From Squalus acanthias (taxonomy: Eukaryota), in assembly GCA_030390025.1 (NCBI GenBank), contig CM059431.1:140866001-140930000 (forward strand): 64,000 nucleotides of DNA, in the 5' to 3' direction. Below, one piece after another: positions 35,780 through 49,112 of this stretch. A program made the position numbers and the translations under genes. The notes beneath the pieces were generated by a model that was given only the letters and a program-made list of their open reading frames with translations, made no database searches and was not told where the DNA came from. Positions within the stretch are counted from its first letter, which is position 1; each line of letters starts with the position of its first letter.

Positions 35780-37580
35780 AGAGATTATGGAATGTAAACG
35801 TGACTCCCTGACAGGCAGAGACAGGATAAATTATCATGGGGAAAAAGGAAATGGCAGAGAAATTAGACAAATACTTTCTATCTGTCATCATGGAAGGAGA
35901 CAAAAACAACATTCCGGAAATAATGGGAAACCAGGGGTCTCGTGAGAATGAGGAATTCAAAGAAATTAGTGTTCGTAAATAAATAGTAATTGAGATATTG
36001 ATGGCACTAAAAGTCGAAAAATCCCCTGGACCTGATGGCCTGCATCCTGAGGTTTTCAAAGTGGAGTCTGCAGATATAGTGGATGCATTGGTTGTGATCT
36101 TCCAAAATTCGCTAGATTCTAAAATGGACCACGTGGATTGGAAGGTATCACAGGTAACCCGGCCATTCAAGAAAACGTGGAGAGAGAAAACAGTGAACGA
36201 TAGGCCAGTCAGCCTGACATCAATAGTTGTGAAAATGCTAGAATGTATTATTAGGGGCGTGGCAACTTATAAAATCATAATATGATTGGGCAGAGTCAAC
36301 ATGGATTAATTTGAAGGGAAAAACTTGTTTGACAAATCTAATAGAGTATTTTTGAGGTTGTAACTAACAGGGTAGATAAAGGGGAATCAGTGGATGTATT
36401 TTATTTGGCTTTTAAGAAAGCATTCGATAAGATGCCACACATGAGGTTATTACAAAAGATTTGGTCTTATGGGTTGGGGGTAATATATTAGCATGTATTG
36501 AGGATTTGTAAAAGTACAGCAAACATAGATTAGGAATAAATGGTTCATTATCGGGATGGCTGGCTGTAACTAGTGTGGTACCGCAAGGATCAGTGCTTGG
36601 GCCTCAGATTTTTACAAACTATATTAAAGACTTAGATGAGGGGAGGGAATGTAATGTATCCAAGCTTGCTGACGTTACAACGTCAGGTTGGAAAGTAAGT
36701 TGTGAGGATGAGGCACAGAGGCTGCAAAGGGACATAGACATGTTAAGTGAGTGGGCAAGACCATGGCAGATGAAATATAACGTGGAGAAATGTGAAGTTA
36801 ACCAGTTTGGTAGGAAAATAGAAAAGCAGAATATTTTTAAATGATGAGAGATTGGGAAATGTTGGTGTTCAGAGAGATTCGGGTGTCTTATACACAAATC
36901 ACTGAAAGTTTACATGTAGGTACAGCAAGCAATTATGAAAGCAAATGGTATATCAGCCTTTATTACAAAAGGTTTGGAGTATTAGATTAGAGAAGTCTTA
37001 TTGCAATTATATAGGGCCCTGGTGAGACCACACCTGGAGTACTGTGCTCAGTTTTGGTCTCCTTATCTAAAGAATTATATACTTGCTTTAGAGGGAGTGC
37101 AACGAAGGTTTAATAGACTGAATCCTGGGATGTCCTATGAGGAGATATTGAGTAGACCAGGCCTATATTCCCTAGAGTTTAGAAGAATGAGAGGTGATCT
37201 CATTGAAACGTATCTAATTCTTAAAGGGCTTGACAGGGTAGATGCTGGGAGGATGTTTCCAGCCTCTGGGAAGTCTAGAATTAGGCGTCACAGTCTCAGA
37301 ATAAGTGATCGCCCATATCGAAATGAGAGCAGGAGACATTTCTTCACTCAAAGTGCGGCGAATCTTTGCAATTTTCCACCCCAGAGGGCTGTGGATGTTC
37401 AGTCGTTGACCGTATTCAAGACAGCGATCGATAGATTTTTGGATACTATTGAATCAAGGTATATGGGGATAGGGCGGGAAGCTGCAGCTGAGGTAGAAGA
37501 TCAGTCATGATCTTGTTGAATGGCGGAGCAGGCTCCAAGGGCCGATGGGCCTACACCTGCTACTATTGCTTATGTTCTTA
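35780..37580 (+). mobile_element. 5'-truncated degraded CR1 LINE
   Basis: KSPGPDGLHP, VPQGSVLGP, LYRALVRPHLEYC and 3' UTR. Confidence 0.9.
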
Positions 37581-38135
37581 CTTGTGTCCCCCAGTGCATA
37601 TACCAACAGTACTGCAAAACTGATCATTAATTGTGTCCAAGCAGTATCTATACCACCATTGCTGCAAAACTGGTAAGTACTTGTGTCCCAGCAGTAGGTG
37701 TTCCACCAGTGCTGTAAAAGTAGAGTCATCGCCATAAGTGTTGGGTCACCGTCAGTGCAACAAGAGTGGGGCCTCGAACAGGAATAGAATCAGCTATAGC
37801 AGTGGAAGAGCATTGTCACCTCTGGCATAACTGTAGGCACCATATTACTGGAGGAGCAGGGTCACATCTCGTTTAGTGGAGGGGTACCACTAGTATATGA
37901 GAAGCAAGATCACCACTGGTGTAAGTTTATGGAACCACCAGTACCGGACGACCAGGTTCACCACTAGTTTAAGTGCAGGGCCACCACTAGTGCTGGGGGA
38001 GGACGGTCACCTCTCCTGTTAATGTAGATTGCCACCTGCACCGAAGGTGCACTTTCTCCACTAGTGTAAGTGTAGTGGTTCCACTAGCACAGGAGCAGCA
38101 CGCTCACCTCTAGTCTAAGTGTAGGTGTACTACAA
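37578..38135. repeat. Old degenerate minisatellite, ~48-51 bp period
   Basis: Recurring CACCACTAGTGTAAGTGTAGG...GGAGCAGGGTCAC-like units. Confidence 0.6.
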
Positions 38136-38593
38136 ATACAGGAGGAACACCGTTATTTTTAAAGCTGCAGGATTGGGGTCATCACCAAAATTGCAAGATT
38201 TGGTTCACCGCCTGTTCTGGATGAGTTGGAGCACTAGGATTGAGTCAAGCGCAGGGTCAGGGTGTGAAGTGGATGGGAAGCTGCCTTCACGACTCCAGGG
38301 GAAGAGGGTCAGCACCAATATTGCGAGATTACACGTTTTACTTGCAAATAATGTTTTTTGAAAATTTCCAAGAACAATTTCAAACATTTCTCTTAATCTG
38401 ACGTATCAGACAAGAAAAACAATTTGCCTGAGCCTATTTGTTAAATGACTGTAACTAATGCTAATTATGATTTAACCTGCTTGACTCGCTGGAGGATTGA
38501 TGTGTGGATAAATATAGGTTCCCTTCCATTGTCGCAGCCGTGCGCCAGTCAGAGCCCTTCAGCTCCGACAGAATTCATCAATTCTCACAGAAA

Positions 38594-38663
38594 ATGGGGC
38601 GACCAACTATTCTGCTGATAAAAGATTTTTACTACCCGATTGTCGCAGCTGTCGGTGTTCCCG
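38594..38663 (+). CDS. GPR139-like class A GPCR, coding exon 1
   Basis: ATG at 38594, MGRPTILLIKDFYYPIVAAVGVP then a phase-1 GTGAG donor at 38664. Confidence 0.85.
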
Positions 38664-39107
38664 GTGAGCCATTGTAACCTGTTTATTGTTAATCGGCGTT
38701 AACTGTGTCCTTCTTCTTACTGCCTGTTGGTTAAGGTAACGCGTTCTCCGATGTCAGCATTACACAGTCAGCAGTGACTGGACCTACTAGTGAACCGCCT
38801 GCCCACAGTTCCGTGTTCCCCTTAATATGATCAAGTTAATGATGTTATAAAGCTCTTTGAAGCTCCAATACAATAATTTTAGTGGATTTCCGGACCGTCT
38901 TGTCCCCCCGTGCAGAGTGAGCGCTGAAGCAGCTCATTAAAATGTGTGGGTGGGTTTCCCAGGTAATGGCTCCAAAACGAATGATGTTCTCACACTGCTC
39001 CGTGTTGATAATCACACTGAATGGAGTAAAATGCTCTCCACAGGTATCTCCATATATATGGCAATCAGACACTGGAACATTATTTCTCTCCTCTCTCTTT
39101 CTTACAG

Positions 39108-40018
39108 CGCACTTGGTGACAATTGTGATTCTCTCCCGAGGAAACTGCGGCCTTTCCAAGTGTATCTCTGTCTACATGGTGGCCATGGCAACAGCAGATC
39201 TACTGGTCATGATCATCAATGTAATAGTGTATCATATTTTCAGTTATCACTTTCCACTTTCATTCATGTCCCACACTCCCGTGTGTAGGGTCATTCTATA
39301 CATGTGTATTATCACATTCGATTTGTCGGTTTGGTTCACTGTCTCCTTCACATTTGATCGATTTGTAGCTCTCTGCTACAAGAAGTTTAAAGCAAGGTAT
39401 TGGACTGCGCGATCTGCGGCCGCGATTATAACAACGTTCTCTGTTTTGAGTTGTTTTAAGGATATTCCAGTTTTGATTGTATATAAACCTCAGCAAATAA
39501 TTAACAAGGTGCAGTGGGGCTGCGGGTCAAGTGTGACATTTTTTTCATCACCTCCAGGTGTAGCTTACGTCTGGTTTCACAGCGCCTGGGTTGTTTGGCT
39601 TCCTTTTACTTTAATCGCCTTGTTTAATACTTTAACGGTCCGACGTATTTTAGTGGCCAGCAGAGCTCGCAGGAGACTCCGGGGTCACAAGACTGAGAAT
39701 CACGGCGATCCAGAGACGGAGCACCGAAGGAAATCCTGTATTTTACTCTTCACTATTTCGGGCAGTTTTATACTATTGTGGCTGAAAGCTGCCGTGAGTT
39801 TTGTATCTACCAGACTGACAAACCCTACTAATTACCGAGGCGACCGCACAAATCCTGGATATACCGCCACTGAAACCGGAGCTCTGCTGAAGTTTTTGAG
39901 TTGCCTTCAAAACCCGTGCATTTATGCAGCGACCCAGAGGAAATTCAGGGAAGAGCTGAAGAATGTGGTGAAATATCCCTTGACCCTGATTCTGAGATTA
40001 GTTAGAAAATGCGGATAA
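39108..40018 (+). CDS. GPR139-like class A GPCR, coding exon 2 (spliced product 326 aa)
   Basis: Pyrimidine tract plus TTACAG acceptor ending 39107; MATADL (TM2), SVWFTVSFTFDRF (TM3), NPCIY (TM7), KFREEL helix 8. Confidence 0.9.
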
Positions 40019-40299
40019 AATGAATCAAGTCAATCGAAAGCGTCTTTGTAACTGAAGCTCAATTTCAACTTTTTTTCTATCGCATAACGTCCATTTTCTG
40101 GTAAAGTGAAAATTGGGAGACTTCTTGTGTAAACATGTTTTCCATTTTGTAGAATGCATTTGATATTGGCATTGCTTTAGTTTTGACGCTCATGTCAGAA
40201 AGGAAGTGAATTTCTTGAGAGTGTTCAGGATAATTTTCTGCAACAATATGTTCTGCAATCAACAAGGGGGAATGCCAAATTGGAATGAATGATGAGTAA

Positions 40300-41910
40300 T
40301 GAGCCACATTTAGTTAGCAGCCTAATGGTGCGTGAACATTTATCCAAAAGCGATCGTAACATGATCGCGAAACAGCTAAGATGCTAGAATTAGGTACGGC
40401 CGACTTCAATGCTATGAGGCAGAGATTGTCCAGAGTAAACTGCGCAATTCTGTTAATGGGTAAAACGACAGAAGATCAGTGGGAGGTGTTCCAAAAATAA
40501 TTTAATGTGATGCAGACCAGGTTATACCTCTAAGAGACAACTTGCCAAATAAGTCTTGGGGGACTGAGGAGGTAAGGGACAACCTAAATAAAAACAAACA
40601 CATATAAAATGCAAAAACTGGCACAGATCCTGGCAACTGGGAGAGGTACAAAGAACAGCAAAATGTGAAAGGGCGAGGGACGTTGAAGGTAAATTATCGA
40701 TATGGTTAAGAAAGTGGCTGAGCGGCAGGAGACAGCAGTAAGGATAAGGAACAGATATTCTAACTGGCAGGATGTGAAAAGTGGTGTCGTGGAAGGATCT
40801 TTATTGTGGCCTCAAATTTTCACCATATTTATTAACGACTGATATGACGGGACAGAAAGCAAAATACCCAAGTTTGCCGATGTTACAAAGTTAGGTGGCA
40901 TTGCAAGTAGTGTAGATGCAAGCATAAAATTACAAGGGCTATTAATAGATTTAGCGAATGGCCAAAACTATGGCAAATGGATTTCAATGTAGGCAAATGT
41001 GAGGTATTCCACTTTGGACCTAAAAAGGATAGGACAGAGTTACTTCTAAATGGTGAAAAGCTAGAAGCAGTGGAGGTCCAAAGATACTTGGGGGTCCAGG
41101 TGCATAGCTCATTAAAATGTCATGGACAGGTACAGAAAATAATCAGAAAGGCTAACAGAATGCTGACCTTTATATCCAGAGGTCTACAATAAAAGGGGGT
41201 AGAACTTATGCGCAGATATACAAAGCCCTGGTTAGACCACTGAGCCGGGAATGCCATTGTTGTGTCTGAAGCCTGTGCCGAGGTCGATGCCGTGTGGTCC
41301 TTCTGGTTTTATTCTTATTATTGTTTCTTGTAGCGGTTTTTTTACAACTGAGTTGCTTGCTATGCTATTTCAGAGGGCAGTTTAGATTCAACTACATTGC
41401 CGTGGGGCTGGCGTCACATATAGACCAGACCAGGTAAGGACAGCAGGTTTCCTTCCCTAAACCAGATTGATTTTACGACAATCCGGCAGTTTCATGGTCA
41501 GAATTACTGATACTAGCTTTTTAAATCCAGATTTATTGAATTAACTGAAATTAAATTCCCCAGCTGCCATGGTGGGATTTGTACTCCCATCTCCAGATTA
41601 TCAGCCCAGGCCTCTGGATTACTAGGTCAACTGTTAAAAATTAGAGCCAGGCCTTTCAGGAGCTAAATTAGGACACACCTCTAAACACAAAGGGTAGTAG
41701 AAGTTTGGAACTCTCTTCCGCAAGCAGAAGTTGATGCTGGATCAAGTGTTAACTTTAAACCTGAGATTGATAGATTTTTGTTAACCAAAGATATTAAGGG
41801 ATATGGGGCAAAGGCGGGTATGTGGAGTTAGATCGCAGATCAACCACGATCTCATTGAAAGGCAGATCATGCTTGAGGGGCTAAATACCTACTCCTGTTC
41901 ATATGTTCCG
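40300..41910 (+). mobile_element. Degraded, internally deleted CR1 LINE
   Basis: SDRNM, KFADVTKL, FNVGKCEV and 3' UTR remnants. Confidence 0.8.
41310..41625 (-). mobile_element. tRNA-derived SINE, same family as 22165-22625
   Basis: Visible alignment to the copy at ~22310-22600. Confidence 0.75.
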
Positions 41911-42611
41911 ATGATTTATTTGCTGAGTTTTCATAACCTATTCCTGCAAATTTAACACATTTCAAGTTCAGGGATCAAAGATAACAATGATGAGGTTCAG
42001 CAGTGGAGTAGGACATGTGGGCAACAGAGGAATCCACCTTACACTGCCGATACTGGGATCAGGCGCGCCACTTTCAAATCAATAAAATTTAATTCGGTGC
42101 CGAAACATTCAAAGGTCTTGCGATCGCCGATATTGGTAACTTTCCTGGAAGTTTGGTGTGAATATTGCAGGCGCGGGTGTCTCTATCAGACTCCATTCCT
42201 CATTGACAAATAGAGCGGGCTCTTGTCACGTGATCAGTTGTTCGCATGGAGGAAACAGGCGGAACTCGGCTCATCGATGTGACCTTTCACCTCTTTTGTC
42301 CCAGATACTGACATAAAATCTCGATTGTGCGCTGACTGGTGTCTCTCACTCAGCACAAAGATGGACTTGTTTTGCGCTGTCGATAAAAGTTTCCTGAGTA
42401 ATATTATTGGTATTCTGTCTCAATCAGTCTCCCGAACTAAATAGTAAAGAAATGTAAAATGAATGCTTATTCATAAAGTTATTAATTATTACATTTACAG
42501 CAAGTTATCTGTAAAAAAAAAAAATCCAGAGATTCAGATAAAACAAAACAGATATTATGTATTCTGTGGTTGGCTGAACATTTGCAGCCGTTCAGAAAGA
42601 ATCTTTAGTAA

Positions 42612-43700
42612 TTATAGAAACAGAACATTGAAAAATAGGAGCAGGAGTAGGCCATTCGGCCCTTCGAGCCTGCTCCGCCAATCAACATGATCATGGCTGA
42701 TCCTCTATCTCAATTCCCTATTCCCGCTCTCTACCCGTACCCCTTGATGCCTTTTGTGTTTAGAAATCTACCTACCCCCTTCTTAAATATATTCAGTGAC
42801 TTGGCCTCCACAGCTGTATGTGGTCGAGAATTCCACAGGTTGACCACCCTCTGAGTGAAGAAATTTCTCCTCATCTCAATCCTAAATTTCCTACCCTTGA
42901 GACTGTGACTCCTGACACTGTGACCCCTCGTTCCAGACTCCCCAGTAAGGGGAAACATCCTCCCTGCATCCAGACTGTTCTGCCCTGTCAGAATTGTATA
43001 CGTTTCCACGAGATCACCTCTCATTCTTATAAACTCTAGTGAATACAGGCCTAGTCGACCCAACCTCTCCATCCTACCACAGTCCTGCAATCCCAGGAAT
43101 CAGCCTTCGCTGCACTCCCTCTATCACAAGTATATCCTTTCTTAGTTAAGGAGACCAAAACTGCACCCAGTACCTCAGGTGTAGTCTCACCAAGACCCTG
43201 TATAACTGCAGTAAGACATCCTTGCTCAAGTACTCAAATCCTCTTGCAATGAAGGCCAACATGCCATTTGCCTTCCTAACTGCTTGCTGCACCTGCATGT
43301 TTGCTTTCAGTGACTGGTGTACAAGGACACCCAGTTCCCTTTGTGCATCAATATTTCCCAATCTATCACCATTTAAATAATACTCTGCCTTTCTGTTTTT
43401 CCAACCGAAGTAGATAACTTCACAATTATCCACGTTATACTGCATCTGCCATGTATTTGCCCACTCACTCAACTTGTCTCAATCGCCTTGAAGCCTCTTT
43501 GCATCCTCCTCACAACTTACAATCTCACATCGTTTTGTGTCATCAGCAAACTTGTAAATATAAAATTTGGTTCCCTCATCCAAATTATTGATATATATTA
43601 TGAATAGCTGGGGCTCAAGCACTGATCCCTGTGGTACTCCACTAGTCACCGCCTGCCACCCCGAAAAAGACCCATTTATTCATACTTTCTGTTTCCTGTT
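42612..43700 (-). mobile_element. CR1 3' fragment
   Basis: EWANTWQMQYNV, RRNFFTQRVVNLWNS, 3' UTR. Confidence 0.92.
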
Positions 43701-43899
43701 CCTACTCTCTGTTTACCGTTTTATTATGCGGTTGCGTATTGTTCCAAATAATAATTGAAAAATACCAGCAAATTTGAATCAGTTACAAATTGTTCATCGG
43801 TGATCTCGCCTGATTGTGAGAGAAACGCCAAGGAATGGGAGCAGAGTCTCAATGTGAAGGAGCTGAAGGGTGCGGGTGAACAGCGAGCGTTGGGGATCC

Positions 43900-44560
43900 A
43901 CATAATCAATTCATAGAAAGTGTGTTTTCAGGTGGATAAGTCCATGAGAATCCAACAGAAATTGGAGTTTTATAGACGTAGGCATAGATCACAAGAGTAA
44001 ACAAGTGATGATGAATCTTTACAAAACACTGATGAGGCCACCATTAGAACATCAGGTGCAGCTTCGGCCCCTCATTGTGGAAAGGCGATTAAATCCAATG
44101 AGAGCGGGCAGTGTAGATACATTAGGATAGTGCCATGGATCAGGACTCTACTGGTGATGAGGGGCAAGATATTGGGACTGTTTGCACTGGAGTAGCGAAA
44201 GCTAAGAGGAGATTTAGTGCAGGTTTTAAGAACGATGAACAGTTTTGGCATAGTAAAGAGGGAGAGATCATTCCAACTAGTTGGAGAGCGAGCAATAAAG
44301 GGTGATCGACTTAAACAAGCCACAAAGGGAATGAGCAGAGAGATTAGCGGTAACATTTTTATGTAAAGGGTTGCTGGAGCATGGAATGTGTTGCCTCAGA
44401 TAATATTTAAGGGGAAATTAGGTGAATATTTGAAGCATAGAAAATAAATGTCTGTGGAGAGAAAGGAGGACAGTGCAGATAGTTTTTGCTTGCTGTATCA
44501 AATAACCCAGTACAGAGAGAATGGGTCAAATGACCTACTCTCACCCAGTACACTTCTATG
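43900..44560 (+). mobile_element. Very old CR1 3' fragment
   Basis: LYKTLMRPPLEH and LFALE*RKLRGDL remnants. Confidence 0.65.
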
Positions 44561-47065
44561 GTTTTAAAGTGTTGCGTACGTTGGTATGATTTTCATTTTT
44601 TTGGGGGTTTCTAAGATACCCTCATCCCCTTTATGATTCTGTTAAACAAAACATTATAAATTAACCGGTAACAAGGAAGATCCCAAAGGTTCAATAGTCA
44701 CCCGTCCCTTACAGGTTCCCATTTGTCGATAACCTACTTTCATTTTGTAATGAGCTGTCTGTGCAGAGCCAGATCTCCCACCCATCCCATAATTCCTCAC
44801 CGTGTGTAGATGTGGAACCTTTTCCGCTGCTTCATTAAAATCCGACTGGGTCATTCCAACTGCATTTCCCCTGCCCTACAGGACAGTGATGTGTTTCAGA
44901 AACTCCAGCAGGTTAGTTAAAGATGACACATCGTCCCTTAAACAAATATAATTCCCTTTTACATTGCTCCTCTCCCAGGTGTTGACCCATTAGATCTCCT
45001 TGGCCGCACAATCCAATAAAAGAATGGAATCCCCATTCATACTTATGGGACTTCGAAACAACAGAATCCCCATAAGTATGAATGGCGATCACTTAATAAA
45101 TACATGAACACATGAAAAAAATGAAAATAAATTACATATTTAAAATTAATTAAAATACCATTTAATCAAATATATTAAAAAAAAAATAATTTTTTGAAAA
45201 ATATTAACGGGGCTAAAAATAATCTTCCCTTATCGGACAGGGTTTTTATTGCATAAATGAGTAAAAAAATATATTTTTCTATATTTTATAACTCTTATGC
45301 TGGTAACAAAATTATGGCAGATGCCTTCGAATTTACCTGGAGGTCCGGGAGGTACAGAAAGCATCATGCCTGCTTTTACAAGGCAAAAGAATTTCACTGG
45401 CATTCAGTGTGCGGACGATGGGCAAATGGTGCTACTCTCTGCCCGCGGAGGCCCTTTTCCCGGGGATGCAGAGGATCCGCAAAGAAAATTCTTCACAGAT
45501 CCCAGGTCTTTCATTTTCTGTGGGCAAGGGCCCGCCCGAAACCTCACATCCGGGACACTCCAGTCGTACCTTGATCTCTTTCTTGCTCAGTTTAGAAGAT
45601 TGTTCTTTAATTTTCTTTCGTATAATTTACAAGTTAAGAATTAGCAAAGTACATTTTAAATATGTTCACAAATTCCCCTTTTTATAAGGATCCAATCTCT
45701 TCCTTTAAAGATTTTATCGAATCGCTGTTAATATCATTTCACCGATCCGTATTTAAAAGCTGAAAACAAAATACAACTGATATTTTATAAATTCAAGTGG
45801 AGCCTTCTCCGTCTATTTTTTTCGACTCTTCCCGCTCTCTTTCTCATCATAGCCCCACTCTCCTGGTTCCATTTCTTTCTGTCAGATCCCGCACTCTGCC
45901 AGATCCCAGTCCCACAGTTTCCCGCACTCTGCCAGTTCCCGATGTTCCCTTTGTTCGAGAATGGCCCCTCGTTTATCAGAGGGATAAAATTCAAATGAAT
46001 CTCTTATTGTTCTCACAAGGATTGTTGGGCTTTCCTCATTTGGACTGTGTGGACAATTCTGGCAACCTAATCATAAAAATGATATTTCTGCACTTTATAG
46101 GTCACACAGCTCAGTTCCAGAGATTCCAGGGATTCACAATTCCAGTTAAGAAGAAATTATAGAAAATCCTGCTTTCTATCTTTAGAAAAGAAGAAACCTC
46201 CAGCTGATCTAATGTCAGTTTTAATGTTACAAGGAGAATGCACACATTTCTCAAATTCTTAACTGTATCAAGGAGTTCAATCATAAAGATCTAGAAGTTT
46301 AAAATGTGAAAATAAAAGTTAGACGGGAAGCCGGGCAGAACATTTCAGCTCACTGGGTAACTGTATTCTGGGTGTTATTTACTGAATTACCAGGAGGGTC
46401 ATTCGGCACAAACTTTTTTATCTGCTTCTGAAATTGACATCGATGTTATCGAAAGTTTATCACATGACAAACATAACCTTCTGTAAACAAACTGCAACAT
46501 CCATGTGCTGCGTAACACAGGCAAAGGTAAAATGATGAACTTCAATCTGAGGAGTTTAACAAACAAGATATACAATGAAAAAAGCAAGAAAATTATCTTG
46601 AAAGAAGGGAAGATTATCAAAAAGTATACCTTTAAGTGGAATACTCCTGCCACTACATTTGCTGCAGTTTATGAGGCAATAATAGGAACTCTATTATTTA
46701 ACGTTATTTTGTTAATTTGTCGATTTATCCTAATCATCCTCACAGTTGTTAATTGGATAGTCAGTAGTGCCTGTCCCGACCGTAACAAATCCAAAGCTGG
46801 CGACCCAGTTATATGCACTCTATTGAAGTACAAACAGAGGAATTCGGTTGTGTTGTGTTGAAGAGGCCCTACACAGCATCAAATACACGGAATCTCCTAT
46901 GTTGCGAATCCAAATATTTTCCCACGTCGTGGAGATCCCATTGTTGAAAAGCTGCATTTTATTATCCTGAAGCATAAATGCTGAGGAAGAAGATGAATCC
47001 TTCATTCACTCCTTTAGCTCCTCACGAAGGAATTGGACTAAAGAGAAGTAGGATCGGGGTTATGC

Positions 47066-47177
47066 TGCATTCCAGAATTGAGAGCTAAACGGACTGGTTG
47101 CACTAATAAGCTACAGCATTCTGGGAATTGTAGTCCACCCGTGACAGAGACACTAACTGAACTGGTGCATTATGGGA
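47066..47177. promoter_or_regulatory. Cluster of ZNF143/Staf (SBS)-type motifs
   Basis: Minus strand ACTACAATTCCCAGAATGC (47116-47134), TCCCATAATGCAC (47165-47177), weaker copy ~47066-47085. Confidence 0.6.
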
Positions 47178-47699
47178 GACCGGCTGAGATTTTTGATTCT
47201 GAAAGTTGAGCAAAGTATAAGGATCCGGCTTCAAAAAGAGATACGCGGTTGGGGTGAAACTACAGGAGGCATTTCTCACAGATACTTGCTGATAAACTCA
47301 ATATGTTTAGTTCCAATTCCAAATTTAAACGATCTTTTAATGAATTTATTTCCTTTACTAATGATTGGATATGGTGCGTGATGCGCTTCAATTGAACTAC
47401 TAGCAATAATAAAAAAAAATTGCTAAAGTTTTCTGACTGATTCAAATTTCTCTTAAAGGAAATGAACCTTATTTAAATGTTAGTGCTAATTAATGAGAAA
47501 GGTCTTGCGGAGGGTTCACGTGAATTTGTGTCTTTTTCTGCAGTCTGAGCTCTTCACTCTGAGCCCACATCTCCCAAAGGTAGTTCAAGATTCCATATCC
47601 GCTCCCAAGAATCGGTATCTCCGCTTTCCTACTGCAGCATTTGTTCAATTTACACCCTACACTGCGACTGACTGCGAAGAATGGCACGGGAAACATACA

Positions 47700-48960
47700 A
47701 TAATAGAGTCCTCGAATTATACAGTACAGAAGGGGCCATTTGGCCCACGCTGCCTGTGCCGGCTCTTTGAAACAGATAACAAATTAGTCCCACTCCTTTG
47801 CTACTTTAAAAAAATATTTTACCTCATCTCCCCGCTGGTTTTTGTGCCAATTATCTTAAATCAGTATCCTCTGGTTACCCAGCAAACTGCCACTGGAAGC
47901 AATTTCGTCGAATTTACTTTATCATAACCCTGCCTCATTTTTATTCAGCTTGGTGCTCCACTGAATTATTTACCTAACAATTACCTTAAGCATTCATTTT
48001 TTTTTGTTATCAATTTTGAATTCAATTTTGGCTTCAATTTCGCTAACAGGTCTATCATGTAGTACTTTGTAAAACGCCTTTTGAAAGTCCATATACACAA
48101 CATCAACTGCACTATCCTCATCAACCCTCTCAGTTATTTCATGAAAGGACTCGATCAATTTAGTAAAACATGATTCCCCATTAAAATATCCGTGCTGGCT
48201 TTCATTGATTAACCCACATTTTCCAAGTGCCAATTATGTTTCTGTCGGATTATTGTCTCTAAATGTTTCTGCACGACGTTAGGCTGACTGGCCTGTAGTT
48301 GGCAGATTATCCCTATTTTTTGAACGGGGGGTAATATTTGTAATCCACTGTTACCCTGACAGCACTCTGATATCTAAGGAGGACTGGATGATTTTGTGAC
48401 TCCAGAGCCTCTGCAATTTCAACTTTTATTCCCTCAGCTACCGCGGATACAGCCCCTTTGGACCAGGTGACTTTTGTACTTTGAGCGCTACCGACCTTTT
48501 AAGTACCTTATTTTTATTTATGTTTTTCCTATCCAATTTCTCTGCTATAACCTCCTTTACTGTAACATTGGCAGCATCCTTTTCTTTCTTGAAGACACAT
48601 GCAAAGTATTCATTTAGTATCGAAGCCATGCCCCCTGCCTGCACAAGAAAATCTCCTTTTTGGTCTGTAATCGGCCCCATCCTTGAGATTGCCACACTCC
48701 CTGAGAATACCAGCACCATCTGCCTCTTCGCACCCTACCGATTCCCACCAACTTTCTATCCTCCTGAACTCACTGCGGCTGCGGGGTGACCACCTCCTTG
48801 AACAAATGATCGAGCAAATTCTCAGCCCTGCAGTGACTTCAGCCGCTCCTCAAGCTCAGAAACTCCGAGCTGAAGTTCGAGCTGATGAGGCACTTCATGG
48901 ACACGTGATTATCATGTAACATGACATAGGAATATCCACTGTCGTTATCAATGTAAATTG
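47700..48960 (-). mobile_element. Internally deleted CR1 (3' end, RT and ORF1 pieces)
   Basis: ESQHGY, VYMDFQKAF, KSPGPKGLYPR; ORF1-like FKEVVTP segment near 48785-48805. Confidence 0.75.
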
Positions 48961-49112
48961 CAGCATCTAAATTCAACAGTGACAGAAATCACGATGGACG
49001 TTTAAAGAGATTTTGAAAATAAAATCCCATTAATTTAAGTTTAACATTTACTGTTACTGTTTACTTTTTAAAACCTAAAATTACCAGCCTTAAGCAGGGT
49101 TATAAAGGGATA

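Noticed and set aside
38942..39107. N-terminal 55 aa of the 358-aa GPCR ORF
   Set aside because: Intronic; exon 1 at 38594-38663 supplies the start of TM1 with matching phase.
46380..46861. Lys-rich 118-aa ORF and upstream coding-like sequence
   Set aside because: No recognisable motif, non-ATG start, upstream stop; cannot be assigned without a search.
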